DNA of 64,000 bases from Octopus sinensis (taxonomy: Eukaryota), in contig NW_021831041.1 of the NCBI RefSeq assembly GCF_006345805.1, positions 124,001 to 188,000 of the forward strand, in the 5' to 3' direction. Shown here piece after piece: positions 1-10,885 of this stretch. Under the pieces are notes generated by a model. It was not told where the DNA came from. It saw only the letters and a program-made list of their open reading frames with translations, and made no database searches. The position numbers and the translations under genes were made by a program. Each line of letters begins with the position of its first letter. Position 1 is the first letter of the stretch.

Positions 1-1160
1 TCGCGACTATAGTGGAAAAATATCACTCAATCTTACCGGGTGGTATTATAACCAGGAAAGGGTCGCTTGAAGTCTTAGGATCTCCCATTTTCTCGGAAGG
101 AATCGAGAAAATACTGTCCGGAAAATTATCCACTTTTGAGCTCATGTCAAGCAGGCTATCCATCCTGGACGCTCACGAAGGGTTTTCTTGTTGAAAAACT
201 TCATATCACTCCCCAAGCTACAACACGTTCTCCGCTCTGCCCCCTGCTTTATAAACCCTGAACTTCTCAAAGAACTGGAAACAGGGCTGAAACACAGTGC
301 CGAAAATCTCTGCAACATTCGTTTTGACGAAGCCTCGTGGACCCAAGCCACGCTTCCAATACGATTCGGAGGCATTGGTCTCCGGTCCCCAGCAGATATT
401 GCATTACCCGCTTTCCTCTCTTCTCGATTGTCGTGTGACTCACTGGTGGTTGCTGTTCTCCCCCTTTCCACTGAACGCAACGCATCCTCCTGGTATCAGA
501 TGGCAATCGAAATTTGGTCGAACAAAGGCCTCAAGACACCTGCTAACTCATTCTCACAGAGATGTTGGGACGACCTGTATTCTATGTCAATTTACCACCA
601 CTTGGAAGAGGTCTCTGATCAATCTCGTCTTGCATGCCTTAGAAGCGCTTCACAAAAACAATCCGGAGCGTGGCTCAATGCATGTCCTATCCCTTCAGTC
701 GGAAACAAACTGGACGACGAGACATTGCGAATTGCAATCCCTTACGTCTTTGCATGAAGATCTGTCGCCAGCAACGCTGTAGTTGCGGGGCTTCCGTTGA
801 CGAATTCGGACGGCACGCTCTCTCATGCAGACGCAGTGCAGGCCGGTTTCCAAGACATCACGCAATGAACCTAATTGTCAAGAACGCTTTGCATGCAGCT
901 GGTTTCCCGGCACAGCTGGAGCCTCCTGGTCTCATCCGCACAGACGGAAAAAGACCTGATGGGATAACAATTTTCCCGTACACCAACGGGAAGTGCCTTG
1001 TTTGGGACTGCGCTTGCACCGACACCTACTCAGAGACAAACCTGATCGCCTCAGCCTCCTCTCCAGGATATGCTTCACAGAACTACGAAAAAATTAAAAT
1101 ATTCAGAGCTCAAGGACAGGTTCATAGTGCAACCGATTATTGTGGAAACATAAATATTTG
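1..1160 (+). mobile_element. CRE-clade non-LTR retrotransposon, 3' portion (RT thumb, CCHC, REL endonuclease), frameshifted and 3'-truncated
   Basis: Frameshifted ORFs give LPIRFGGIGLRS, CSCGASVDEFGRHALSCRRSAGRFPRH and RPDG...WDCACTDT, which are CRE/R2-superfamily motifs. Homology stops at ...IVET near 1150. Confidence 0.85.
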
Positions 1161-1186
1161 CAAGAAAGAAATTAAAGATAGCTATG

Positions 1187-4010
1187 TTAATTAAGGGCCT
1201 CACGAGACACCCGACCAGCCTCGCGAATGGCGAAGCCGTTCCCTCGGATCACAGCAATCGACAGACGTTCCAGGAGCCAAGAAAACTCTCTTGGATCGTG
1301 ACTAGTCCTTGAAATCCGTCGACCGAGCGAGCGAAGGAAGCGGAGTGTCTTGGGACCGAAGATCCCGGAGGACTCGACGGCAATTGGAGTAAAGAGCAGC
1401 GAGTTGGAGAGGTGGCCGTACTTGAGAATCTTTCGCTCCTCGGCCTGCCTCGAAGCGTGCCCAGGATTGGCGGCGGACAGAGCGAGATTTCCCAGCGAGA
1501 ACGTGTCCGAACAGGTAGAATCCCAAATAAGCGATTTCCCCTGCTCGTAGGGGAAGGTGGACATGCCGTCAGGGCGTTTGCCATCCCCTCTATCCAATCC
1601 AACAGGTTCAAGGATTGACGGGATGCCTGCTGAAGCGAGGGCTTTCTGTATGACTGAGTTGAGTTCACTGTGACGGGGGGCACGACCGGCACTCCGCCGG
1701 CAAGCGAGGGGATGCAAACCGTACTCGTCAACAGTTCCCCCACAACGGCATTTGTGCGTCTGGCAGATTTTCAGCCCGACACGGAGGGAGATTGCAATTC
1801 TTAGGCATTCCTTGTCCAACAGGTTCCCGATGGAAGGGAGAGCCTTTAACCAGACACCGCTGCCTTCACAGCGACCTGCACGGAGGCAAGCGACACGGTG
1901 TTGATTGGAGACAGGAAGCAGGCCTTCGAAGATTGCCTGACAAGAGATTTCGTCCCATTGACGCTGTACAGATTGAGAGTTGGGCAGCTTCGAACCAAAC
2001 CGACCCTCCCAACGACCACGGGCTGCAGAGTAAACTTCAGACAATTTCCGTTCGGGGAGGTTTCTAGGAACGATGTTTGAGAGAGTACGAGAAGCGTGAT
2101 GAGCGGATAGGAATGCCGGGAGGGCAAGATCGGAATAGGATCTCAAGCCAAGGCCGCCCCAGCGCACAGGCAGGGATGCCTGAGTCCAGCCTGGATCGTC
2201 GAAAGCCAGATTGCAAAGAGAGCTCGTACCGAGCCTGAGGATATTGTCAAGGTCGGAAAGAAGGTCCCCTCTTTGAAAGCAGGGTGCACATCTTAGGGTG
2301 TAAAGGATCTTAGGGACGGAAAAGTGGTTTCGGAGGAGGAAAAGAGCCACATGAGGCTCGATGACTTTAAGCTTGTCGATCATTTTGGATAAGTGGGAAA
2401 TTTTTCCAGCGAGTGAGCATTCGAGGGCAGAAGGCCCCATGGGGCACCGAGGATCGTAAGATTGATTTGTCCGTAATCCGGACGTCTGAGAGAATGCCTC
2501 GGCACGTGGAAATTGAAGCAGTGAAGTCACTCGGATTTAAGGCAATGTTCACGATTTCGGATTTATCGGCGTTTATGGATAGGCCGATGTCCGAGAGGGA
2601 AGGGAGGATAGAACGAAGGTCGTCAAAAACAGCATCGGGGGGACCGCAAATGGTTGCGTCATCCAGATACCATATGTTAACTGGGGATCGAACAGAGTGA
2701 GCGATACTGTTAACGCCCAAGCAAAAAGGACAGGACCCAGGGGATCTCCCTGTTGGACCCCGGTGACCGAAGAATAGGTATATCGTTGAACATAAGGATA
2801 CTTGAGCAAGCATAAGAGAGATGCACAAGGGGATAGGCGAAAGGGACTAATTCACGACAGCACTCCAGAAGGTGGTCCCGTCTGATGGAATTGAATGCGT
2901 TGGAAACGTCCATTTGACCATAATAAACTCCTCAAATGATTCAGTTAAGTCACGAATTGAGTGGACAGCAGCTTCGCAGCCGTTAGGAACGCCGACCCCG
3001 AGTTGGACAGGCAGAAACTTCGAGGACAAGCAGGGAACAATGGCTCGACACAGAAGTTTAGCGGAGAGCCTCCGGAAAATATTGCCCACGGCGATGGGCC
3101 TCACGCCGTTGTCCTTTTTCCCGAGGGCAGTAAGGTTGGCGGAAAAGAAAATATCACGAGCAAAATCGGGGAGGGAACCGGAGATGAAGCGGTTGCACAG
3201 GTTGGTGATTGAGCGTAGGAGTTTTCGACCAGCTTCGGCGGTAGTGGAAGACGTCAGGTCTTTCAGATGACCTGGTCTCAGATCATCTACACCACCACTG
3301 CTTCCAGGTGAAAAGTCCCTCAGGGCATTCAGTACAAGAGTTTCCGAGACAGCAAAAGGATTGAGAGCGAGGGTGTCAGGGGATGGCTGAGGCCTGAAGT
3401 CGTTTGGCTGAGGGGGATGTTTTTCCCTGAGGGAATTCAAAACAGCAGGGGTCGTGGGCAAAAGGGAACTTGTCGAGGCAACCAGCCTAACTGCACCACG
3501 AACGTCGCCGTCCAAGAGTTTACTATTAATCTTTCTGTTGAGGTAGTCGACGTCATTCGCGTGAGAGGACACATTATGGGATGGTGAACCAGAGGGAAAT
3601 TCGGAGCTAGCGAGGTGGTCCCGCAGCCAGCGGATGGAAAAAAAGTTCTTATCGTACAAGGCCAATTCTTGTTTGACGGTTGTAGCCAGCGAGATGGAGG
3701 AGGTTTTCACACGGGCTCTTAATGGGGCAAAACCAAGACCGAAAGAGGCGAAGCAAAACAGCTTAAGCCAATCGGAATGGCCATCAGATGCCAAAGCATT
3801 ATCGATTGCGGCGGACAAGGAGGAGGCTGCAAAGATACGCGCAGCTTTTGGGATTCTGGATGGGATTTTCCGGAGACGACGGAAGAGCTAGTAGGGGGCA
3901 TGTACTGAAATATTCTCAGGATTAAAGTCAGGGACTTTTTTTGTTTCTCGATTTATGTGAACCCCAAGAGGGTATTCTATATTGTGACGGCTATTCCCTC
4001 CTACATTTTA
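1187..4010 (-). mobile_element. CRE-clade non-LTR retrotransposon, near full length, degenerate
   Basis: N-terminal zinc-finger remnant LGVHINR (about 3960), then RIPKAAR, RPIAVGNIFRRL, DVSNAFN, GVQQGDPLGP, WYLDD, CRCG...H..AC and RPDG (REL domain). Stop at 1187; several frameshifts and stops. Confidence 0.9.
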
Positions 4011-4326
4011 TTAACTGTTTTATTTTTGTCGATACAGTTGATGGAATGAGTATTATTTAGTCATAAAAACATGGTTCTAATTCTTTACTATTTTTAATAT
4101 TTTCTGTATAAAAGTCTTCAGAATTTTCTTGCAGAGTGGTGAAAACAAACTGTAAAATTTATTTTGTTTTAAAAAGATCTCAGAATTCCCTTCGAAAACT
4201 ATTTAAAATATTATAACAAAAAATAGAATTTCTAAGAGAGAAATAGTTATTTCCTAAAGGAAACAAGTTAATTCGACTACTTTATTGGAAGACTAATAAA
4301 CATGAAAACAAGCAATAAATAAAAAG

Positions 4327-4888
4327 TCAGACCACCGGGATAGGACGTTCAGTGATTGTCAGTTTTTCCAGAGCAGCCTCGATTTGAACGTGATCAGAAG
4401 GCTCAGTTTTCTTCGGGACGGAATAAACGCGAACTAAACGATTGCTGATTTCTTCCTTAATCAGCCCTGAAACTTCAATCAGACATAACTGACCTTTTCT
4501 GTCCAACTCTCTGAGAACAGCGTTGGCAAGACTGACAGTAATCTTGTACTTTTCGCTCAGCATACTCGCAGTGATCATCTTCATTTTGGGGATTTCTTTT
4601 AGGAGTTTTTCGTAGGCGTCATTTGTGAACATGATTTTGCTGTCTAGTTTTTCCTTTTCTTTTTTTTTGTTCCATTTCTAGGGGTTGATTGGAAGGGATT
4701 ACTTTTTTTGTGGCCTTCGCGTTTTTTGAGGGGGGTTTGAGGGGAGCTTTAGTGGGGGCCTTGCCTTTCACGTTTTTTGCACCCTTCTGAACATTTCCAG
4801 GTTTGGCACCTTTTGCTGATTTGTCTGTTTTTTTAGTTTGTTTGTTCTGAATGAATGTAATATACAGCTATACAGTAGTAGGGGGCAT
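4327..4888 (-). CDS. RPS25: 40S ribosomal protein S25 (eS25), 3 introns (27, 25, 27 nt), with N- and C-terminal extensions
   Basis: ATG at 4888 (MPPTT), then KKKW-like KK|KWNKKK, AYEKLLKEIPKMKMITASMLSEKYKITVSLANAVLREL..K|GLIK. The frame is restored by three GT-AG micro-introns. Confidence 0.92.
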
Positions 4889-5339
4889 TGGACAATTCGG
4901 AAGTATATATTTATTTTATTTCCTAAAATATTAATTTAAAATTAATTAAATAATTAATTAATAAAAAAATAAAATTAATTTAAATTGTACTAATTTCTAT
5001 TTTTGATAGTTTTATGATGTTATTCTGTCTTTTAGGCCAACCATATGTGCTATAGATACCAATCGGACATTTTCGTACTTACAATTTATGACCGAAAATT
5101 AATGAAAATTATCAAGACTGAATTATCATTTAAAAAAATTAAAAAAGTAATGATTTACTAGGCGAGTAGGTACTGGTCTTTTAATAAGAAATTTTGACCG
5201 TATTCTAATTATTCTACTTTAGACAAAAATGCTGATCTAAATAACTGTTTGGTCTTTACTTTTCCTATTTTAAGATTATAAATACAACAGTTTGTCTCCG
5301 GACAGTAGGTAAGTGACCAAACGAACAGTTTGATTTGAA

Positions 5340-5560
5340 AATTTCTCATCTCTGTAAACTCTCTCAAATTCGCCAACTCTCGAATCTGCCATTTTTTAAA
5401 TAAAAATACAAATTTCTTAGGGAAATTCTCGAATCTGTCCATTTCTCGAATTCCCCACATTTACAAAAAATTAAATTTTTCATGTGTTCATAAAAAATAA
5501 TTTAAAAACCGATAAAAAACCCTCTCGAATCCGCCACATGTTGGTGGACAGGTTCTTTAA
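5340..5560. mobile_element. possible pogo/Tigger-type terminal remnant
   Basis: CTGTAAACTCTC followed by repeated CTCGAAT(C/T) motifs resembles pogo-family subterminal repeats. No partner end found. Confidence 0.3.
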
Positions 5561-5779
5561 CCACTGAATCTCCAGATTTGTAAAACCAATCTTAATGCCC
5601 AAACAAAGTGTGTTGTAAGTTTGGCAACAGGAATCTTCTTTCTATTTATAATAAAATGTTCAAATTTTAAATCAAATAACTCAGTCCATAGTTGTTAGCA
5701 TCAAGATTTACAATATATTGGCAATTTTAATACCTCTCAATAATTTATATTTTACACTAAGCTGAATTACAAATTATTA

Positions 5780-5985
5780 ACTACCCCTTTTGTCCCATTT
5801 ACCGGGCTGACGAGCACACAACTGCCCATCTATTCCGCTGTCCTGGTCTTCTTTCGCTCCGTATAAAATTTGCCATTCACTCTCCGGAGGTCCTATGTGA
5901 GCAACCTGGAAGAGCGCTGTTGTTTCTGCAAGCTGCAGGTCTCATAACTTAATGTGAGATCGGGTTATACAACAACAAATTATTA
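5780..5985 (+). mobile_element. 3' end of the I-group LINE family at 23381-26520, with (CAA)n tail
   Basis: Clear reverse-complement homology to 23380-23590 (GATCTCACATTA, CAGCTTGCAGAAACAACAGCGC). Ends GGGTTATACAACAACAAA. Confidence 0.85.
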
Positions 5986-6609
5986 ACACCAGACAAAACA
6001 AGATTGTTATTAATAAGACTATTAATTTCCTAATAATAGAAAAGTCTATACTGAGGAGGCACACCCACAACTATAGTTGAGGGACTCCTTTCACTTGGAA
6101 ACGTTTATTTCCTCATGCTGACATTTATTTCGAATTTTGTGAATAATAACAACGATTAATCGTAAGAAATATCATCAAAATATAGTTCTAGCTTTCTGGC
6201 TAAAAGTTTAAGTTTGGAATTAGTCGATTTCAGTTCGTTGATGCAGTCCAGGAGACTAGGAAATAAGTGGATGAAAAAACTCGTCGTATTCTTCTTTTTG
6301 TCGCATTTCATTTCTTATCTTTTGGTCGAGATTCTTCAACATTTCTGTTCATTAAAGTGATGAAATACTTGATTTTTTCGTTTTTTGTTCTCTTATGTCA
6401 TCAAAGAGTGATTTTATTTGGGATAAATGATGGATCTATCACATCAAATCATAAAGTTCACATCTTTCTCAATCAAACTATCCATGGTTTACCACAGCAA
6501 AAATAAATCTCATCACAAATATCTTTTTTAAATAATTAAATTAATTTATAAATAAATTAATTAGCACCAAACGACACAAAAAAATCGGAAATACTGCTTC
6601 CGATTTTTT

Positions 6610-6990
6610 TAAGTACTTGGGGAGTTCCACAAGGGGATTCGTTGTCTTATATTTTATTTATTTTGAGGCTGCACTGAGGGATTTCAGATCATCCATCAAA
6701 GGAAAATATTACGAGTTGATTTACGCGGATGATCTGGACTTTGTATTGGATGATTCTGAATTTCTCAAATACATAAACGAACATCTTCCTAACATTTTCC
6801 AAAAATGGTTCTTGATATTAAACACTGACAAAACGGAATGTACATCATTCAGCCATGCAGAGAGGATATCCGAAGAGATGTGGAGAAGATATAAAAAGGT
6901 CTGATCGCTCTTGGGGGATGAGGAAGATGTAGCCCGACTGAAAATCCTTGCATCTGGTGCTTTCAGAAGCCTATGCTATTCGGATTCATT
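6610..6990 (+). mobile_element. RTE-clade LINE fragment (RT)
   Basis: YADDLDF, KWFLILNTDKTE and SLLGDEEDV match the longer copy at 17430-20005. Confidence 0.8.
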
Positions 6991-7656
6991 AGTGGGAAAT
7001 TCTTAAGAATTTTCCGAGTTTTAACACCAATCACAAAATATTTCTCAATTTAAAAAGTTTGATTAAAATACAAAAACTATAAACAAACTGCAAACAGAAC
7101 ATCACCCCACTTTTCCTTTTTCAAACGAAATCTGTTTACCAAGAGACCTACTATTAAACGCAACAGAATCGGTAAAGAGCACTTTACTAGGATTTACAAA
7201 AAGAAGCGGACAGGCAATTCATACTTTCCTGTGATAAGTAATGGGATAACCCAGTGATAACTCATACATCAGGAATTCTTAATTAACAAAAATAATCCTT
7301 TGCCAATCCAGTTCCTTCCTGACATTCCGTCGGCAAGAAGCGCTGAATTCCACTTTCTCAGTGGTCTATAGAATCTCAGAAAAGAAAAAAGAAGGAAAGG
7401 AGATGTGTGGAATGCCACTTTTTGTTTACTTCAAAGGCTTAGTACTTAGGACCCCACATTATGAACCAAAGCGGCTACTTTGATTAGCAAAGATAAATGT
7501 CCCTCAAAATATTTTTTCATTTATTTTTGAACTATGTACTCTCTTAAAGATAGAAACCATTCATCGGCAATAGGCATTGCTTCCGTAATTTAAGTAATTT
7601 CTTAATTTAGAAATTTCTGAAATATATATTTAATATTTCTACATTCCACTCTAGAT

Positions 7657-8403
7657 ATGTCCTTGAGACACATTTTTATTGGTATAAACTCGACAGCAAT
7701 TCTGGTAATTGATCTGTCATCCATCTTTAGTGTATAGGAATATACTGCACATGCGTCGTGTCTATGATCACCCAACATTACTGGAGGCACTCTCCTTTCT
7801 CCTACTACTATTTTCCCACTTTATTGTTTCTATTCCTATATTCTCTATTTATGTTGTTCTCTGGCTTATGTGGATTCCTCTACATAGTCAGACCTAATAA
7901 CTTGCTCAAATTTACTGTAGAAACTTATATTTATGCGTAGTTTGGACTTGGTTTATTAGTTGTGTTTGTATTTACGACACTTTATCTGGCACTGCAGATG
8001 AGTGAAATGCAAGTTTGTATTCTTCCATAAACATAGAGTCGCTCAATTCTTATAAATTCATTTCAGGACAGTTCAGAATCATATTTTCAGGAGAGAAATA
8101 TAATTCAGGACTTTATACAATCTAAGGTTCTCCGAGATTGTCCAATTCTAGTTAAATTGCAGTAGTGAAATAACAAAGAACCGTTGTTGTCCTGCATTGC
8201 CTTGCAAGGAAGATGACAAGAGGGTGGGTCATTTCCGTAATGTGTAGGGGTGTGGCAAGTATATTAGCACACAAATGGACTCGTCATTCAAGGCTGCTAA
8301 CATCATTTCGATTATTTTGGCTTTTTCTACGGTGAGTAGAGTTTATAATTACTTATTTTAGTGCACAGAAATTATTCATATATTTTTAACTTTGAAACAT
8401 TAA
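7657..8403 (+). CDS. divergent tetraspanin, about 197 aa, 6 phase-0 introns (26, 24, 24, 25, 24, 30 nt)
   Basis: The spliced product has four hydrophobic segments (IFIGINSTAIL|CIGIY; LLFLFLYSLFMLFSGLCGFLY; FGLGLLVVFVFTTLYLAL; AANIISIILAFST|CTEIIHIFL). The large loop reads DFIQSK|LNCSS..RCC...C...|GC. The start codon is uncertain. Confidence 0.8.
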
Positions 8404-8559
8404 TGAAATTTGATTTTAATAACAAATTAATAAAATTGTAATTTTTAACGAAATTCGACAATATAACACTTCTGCATTCTCTGTTAGAACAATCTTTGCT
8501 GTAAGAAAATTACCTCTAAGACCGCGATTATTTAGTAGACGATTTATACAAGGCTCTTT

Positions 8560-8800
8560 TTAAACCTCTGGTACTTTGAAGCAAAATGATTAACAGCAAT
8601 ATTGTAAAAGGACGTATTTACCGGAAACAATCTATAAATGAAGTTCTGAGTAACAAGGGTTCGCAGCGGAAGAGTCGATCCTCTGGATAAACTGTATCCA
8701 TATTTGTACCGATGGAGCAAAATCAATGACTGGAAAATTTTCTGGAGCGGCTTCTCGTATTAAAGAAGTAGTTCTAAAATTTTCTAGCAGTGACTATATT
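8560..8800 (+). mobile_element. hAT (Buster/ZBED5-like) transposase fragment
   Basis: ICTDGAKSMTGKFSG motif at about 8700-8750. Confidence 0.7.
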
Positions 8801-8839
8801 ATTTAAAGGTGCCGATGATAATGTTAACATTTTTAGGGG

Positions 8840-9600
8840 TGTCGCACAAGAAAAAGTTTGGGTAAACCTGCTCTAAACAATTCTCAGAGGACACTTAATA
8901 AATGGTTCCTAATAATCAACACTTCTAAAATTGAATTTACTGAGATAAAACGCATGGACGCCAGATTTGATGAAACTTTAAGGAATGTCAAGAAACTTGG
9001 CTCTCTGCTCGGAGACAGGGAAGACATTAACCGCAGATAGTTGCTGCTCACCGCAGCTTTGAGCAGAATACGCATAACATGGCTCTAAACCAGGTCTATA
9101 AATCATCAAATCAGATCAAGGCTTTACGACGCTTTTGTGAAACGTGTTTTACTATATAATTCCTTGACATGGGCGATCTCAGATACTGAAGTGAAGACTA
9201 TAGACTCCTTTCACCTGTAAGGATCTGCACCTTCTACACGGACTTAACTGGCCATTTAAAATCAATAGCCAGTCACTTTAAAAACACTATAGCGCTACAC
9301 CACTGACTGCAGAAATTGTGGCAGGCCGCTTGAAATTGTTCGGGCATATCTTGAGAGTGGGGACAGCCACTCCCGGTAATTTCTCAATAGACGAATACTA
9401 AATGTATTATGGTAATAAATATCGTGGACGACAGAGATTTACCCTCCTAGGAGTTTTAGGAGGGGATTTTAACTTTGTTGGCAAGAGTTTACAGAACGGT
9501 GATGACCTGAATTCTCTACGGGCTCTCGCCCAAACAGAAGGGGCTGGGTTAGTATGGTTCAGAAGATTGTTTCGCTTGTCATACATGTGGGATTTATAAC
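8840..9600 (+). mobile_element. RTE-clade LINE 3' fragment
   Basis: KWFLIINTSKIE, KLGSLLGDREDI, IRLYDAFVK and RLKLFGHILRV. Confidence 0.8.
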
Positions 9601-10389
9601 TTTGTTTATGCTTCCACAGAATGTATAATAATATGTTTTAAATGTATTTTTATTGAAGAGTGTTCAAATATCAATTTATAAGTGTTTTTGATTGATTCTG
9701 GTGAATTTCTGAGAATTTATTTCTTGAATACTTTTCAGTTCTTAATGTGATAAACAATTATATTTTAATCTAATTGATATAGATAATTAAAGATATACAT
9801 TCAGGAGAGGTCCTCTTATGTTTTGGCTGCATTTTCGAGATTGCAATTACCGAATACGGAGATCAGTACAAAATTTACAGACTTGATTCAAGTGACATCT
9901 GAACTAAATTTTTATGGTTATTTAATATTTTTAATCATCAATATTTTTAAACAACTCAGTATTCTTTGTATTTTGTTGAATAGTATTCTAATAGTCAGAA
10001 AAACGGTATCTTGAAATCTATAGCTATAAATAATCCCTGCCTTATGGTTGGGTTTTAAAATAACAAAAATACAATTTGAGTGAATTAAAAACATTTCCCA
10101 ATTAAAATTAAAAAAACCAGTTACTTTCTGTTCGAAGCCTGCTTCAATACATCTGGTGTTATGGAAAAGGTTACCCATTCTGGCCAAGCGAGTCTCTTTG
10201 TCTATAATCAGAATTAATACCCTGACTATCTGCTAATAACCAAACTAGTCAACTAACCTCTTCATTTTGATTAATAAAATGTCGCGAGCCTAATGCCCAC
10301 CTGAGTGCTAGCCGCCACCAGTCAATGTTATTCAACAATGTTAATCAAATTAACATAATTTTTTAAATTTCAAAGTCAAGATTTCTACA

Positions 10390-10490
10390 TTTACATGCAA
10401 CGCACGCAAATCGAGATGATTTTTGAGCGAATATCCCTTGCGATTGTACGCATAACTCTTTCGTGATCGCAACAGCCCCGACGAACTAGA
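10390..10490 (+). mobile_element. possible CRE 3'-end remnant
   Basis: FERISLAIVR.NSFVIATA resembles the CRE C-termini at 1187 (LERLSIAVIRGN) and 49736 (QRIGLAIVRGN). Confidence 0.4.
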
Positions 10491-10885
10491 AACGCACGAA
10501 TAATATTCTTACATTCTCAATTGCCAGTAAAAAGAATAAATATTATTAGTCATAGCCACATATTCAGCTTCTCAAGTCTTTTTCGTGTATTTTCATCATC
10601 GATCGCTTACCTTGACCTACATAGGTGTAATCAATAAAAACTTCTTCGAGCTTTTAGGCCACTTCTTTGACACTTTTTTATGCATAAGATTTTTCGTAAA
10701 AGCATATTTAGAATAAACATCAGCAACAGATCTTTCACAAATAAGCGCGGGGAGGACACAAAATTTAAGTTAAAATGTGAAAAACAATATTTTTGACCTA
10801 TAACCAAAAAAATTGTAATCTAATAATAAAGGTAATTCACACTTTATTAAAATTAAAAAATGTAGTTTAAAAATAAAAAAAATTG

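Noticed and set aside
3889-4888. 13-bp direct repeat TAGTAGGGGGCAT flanking RPS25 (3889-3901 and 4876-4888), suggestive of a TSD or an excisable gene circle
   Set aside because: The first copy lies inside CRE coding sequence, which continues in frame to a zinc-finger remnant (LGVHINR) near 3960-4010. The second is simply the RPS25 start codons. It is best explained as coincidence.
7100-7520. Possible gene divergent from the tetraspanin
   Set aside because: Short open segments exist (e.g. TTEKVEFSASCRRNVRKELDWQR), but I could not join them with canonical introns or recognise homology.
7602-7790. Minus-strand ORF with an RTE-like LKMDDRSITRIAVEFIP string
   Set aside because: It is the antisense of tetraspanin exons 1-2, which splice coherently on the + strand.
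9780-10340. Possible small gene upstream of DDHD1
   Set aside because: No consistent start, splice chain or homology on either strand.
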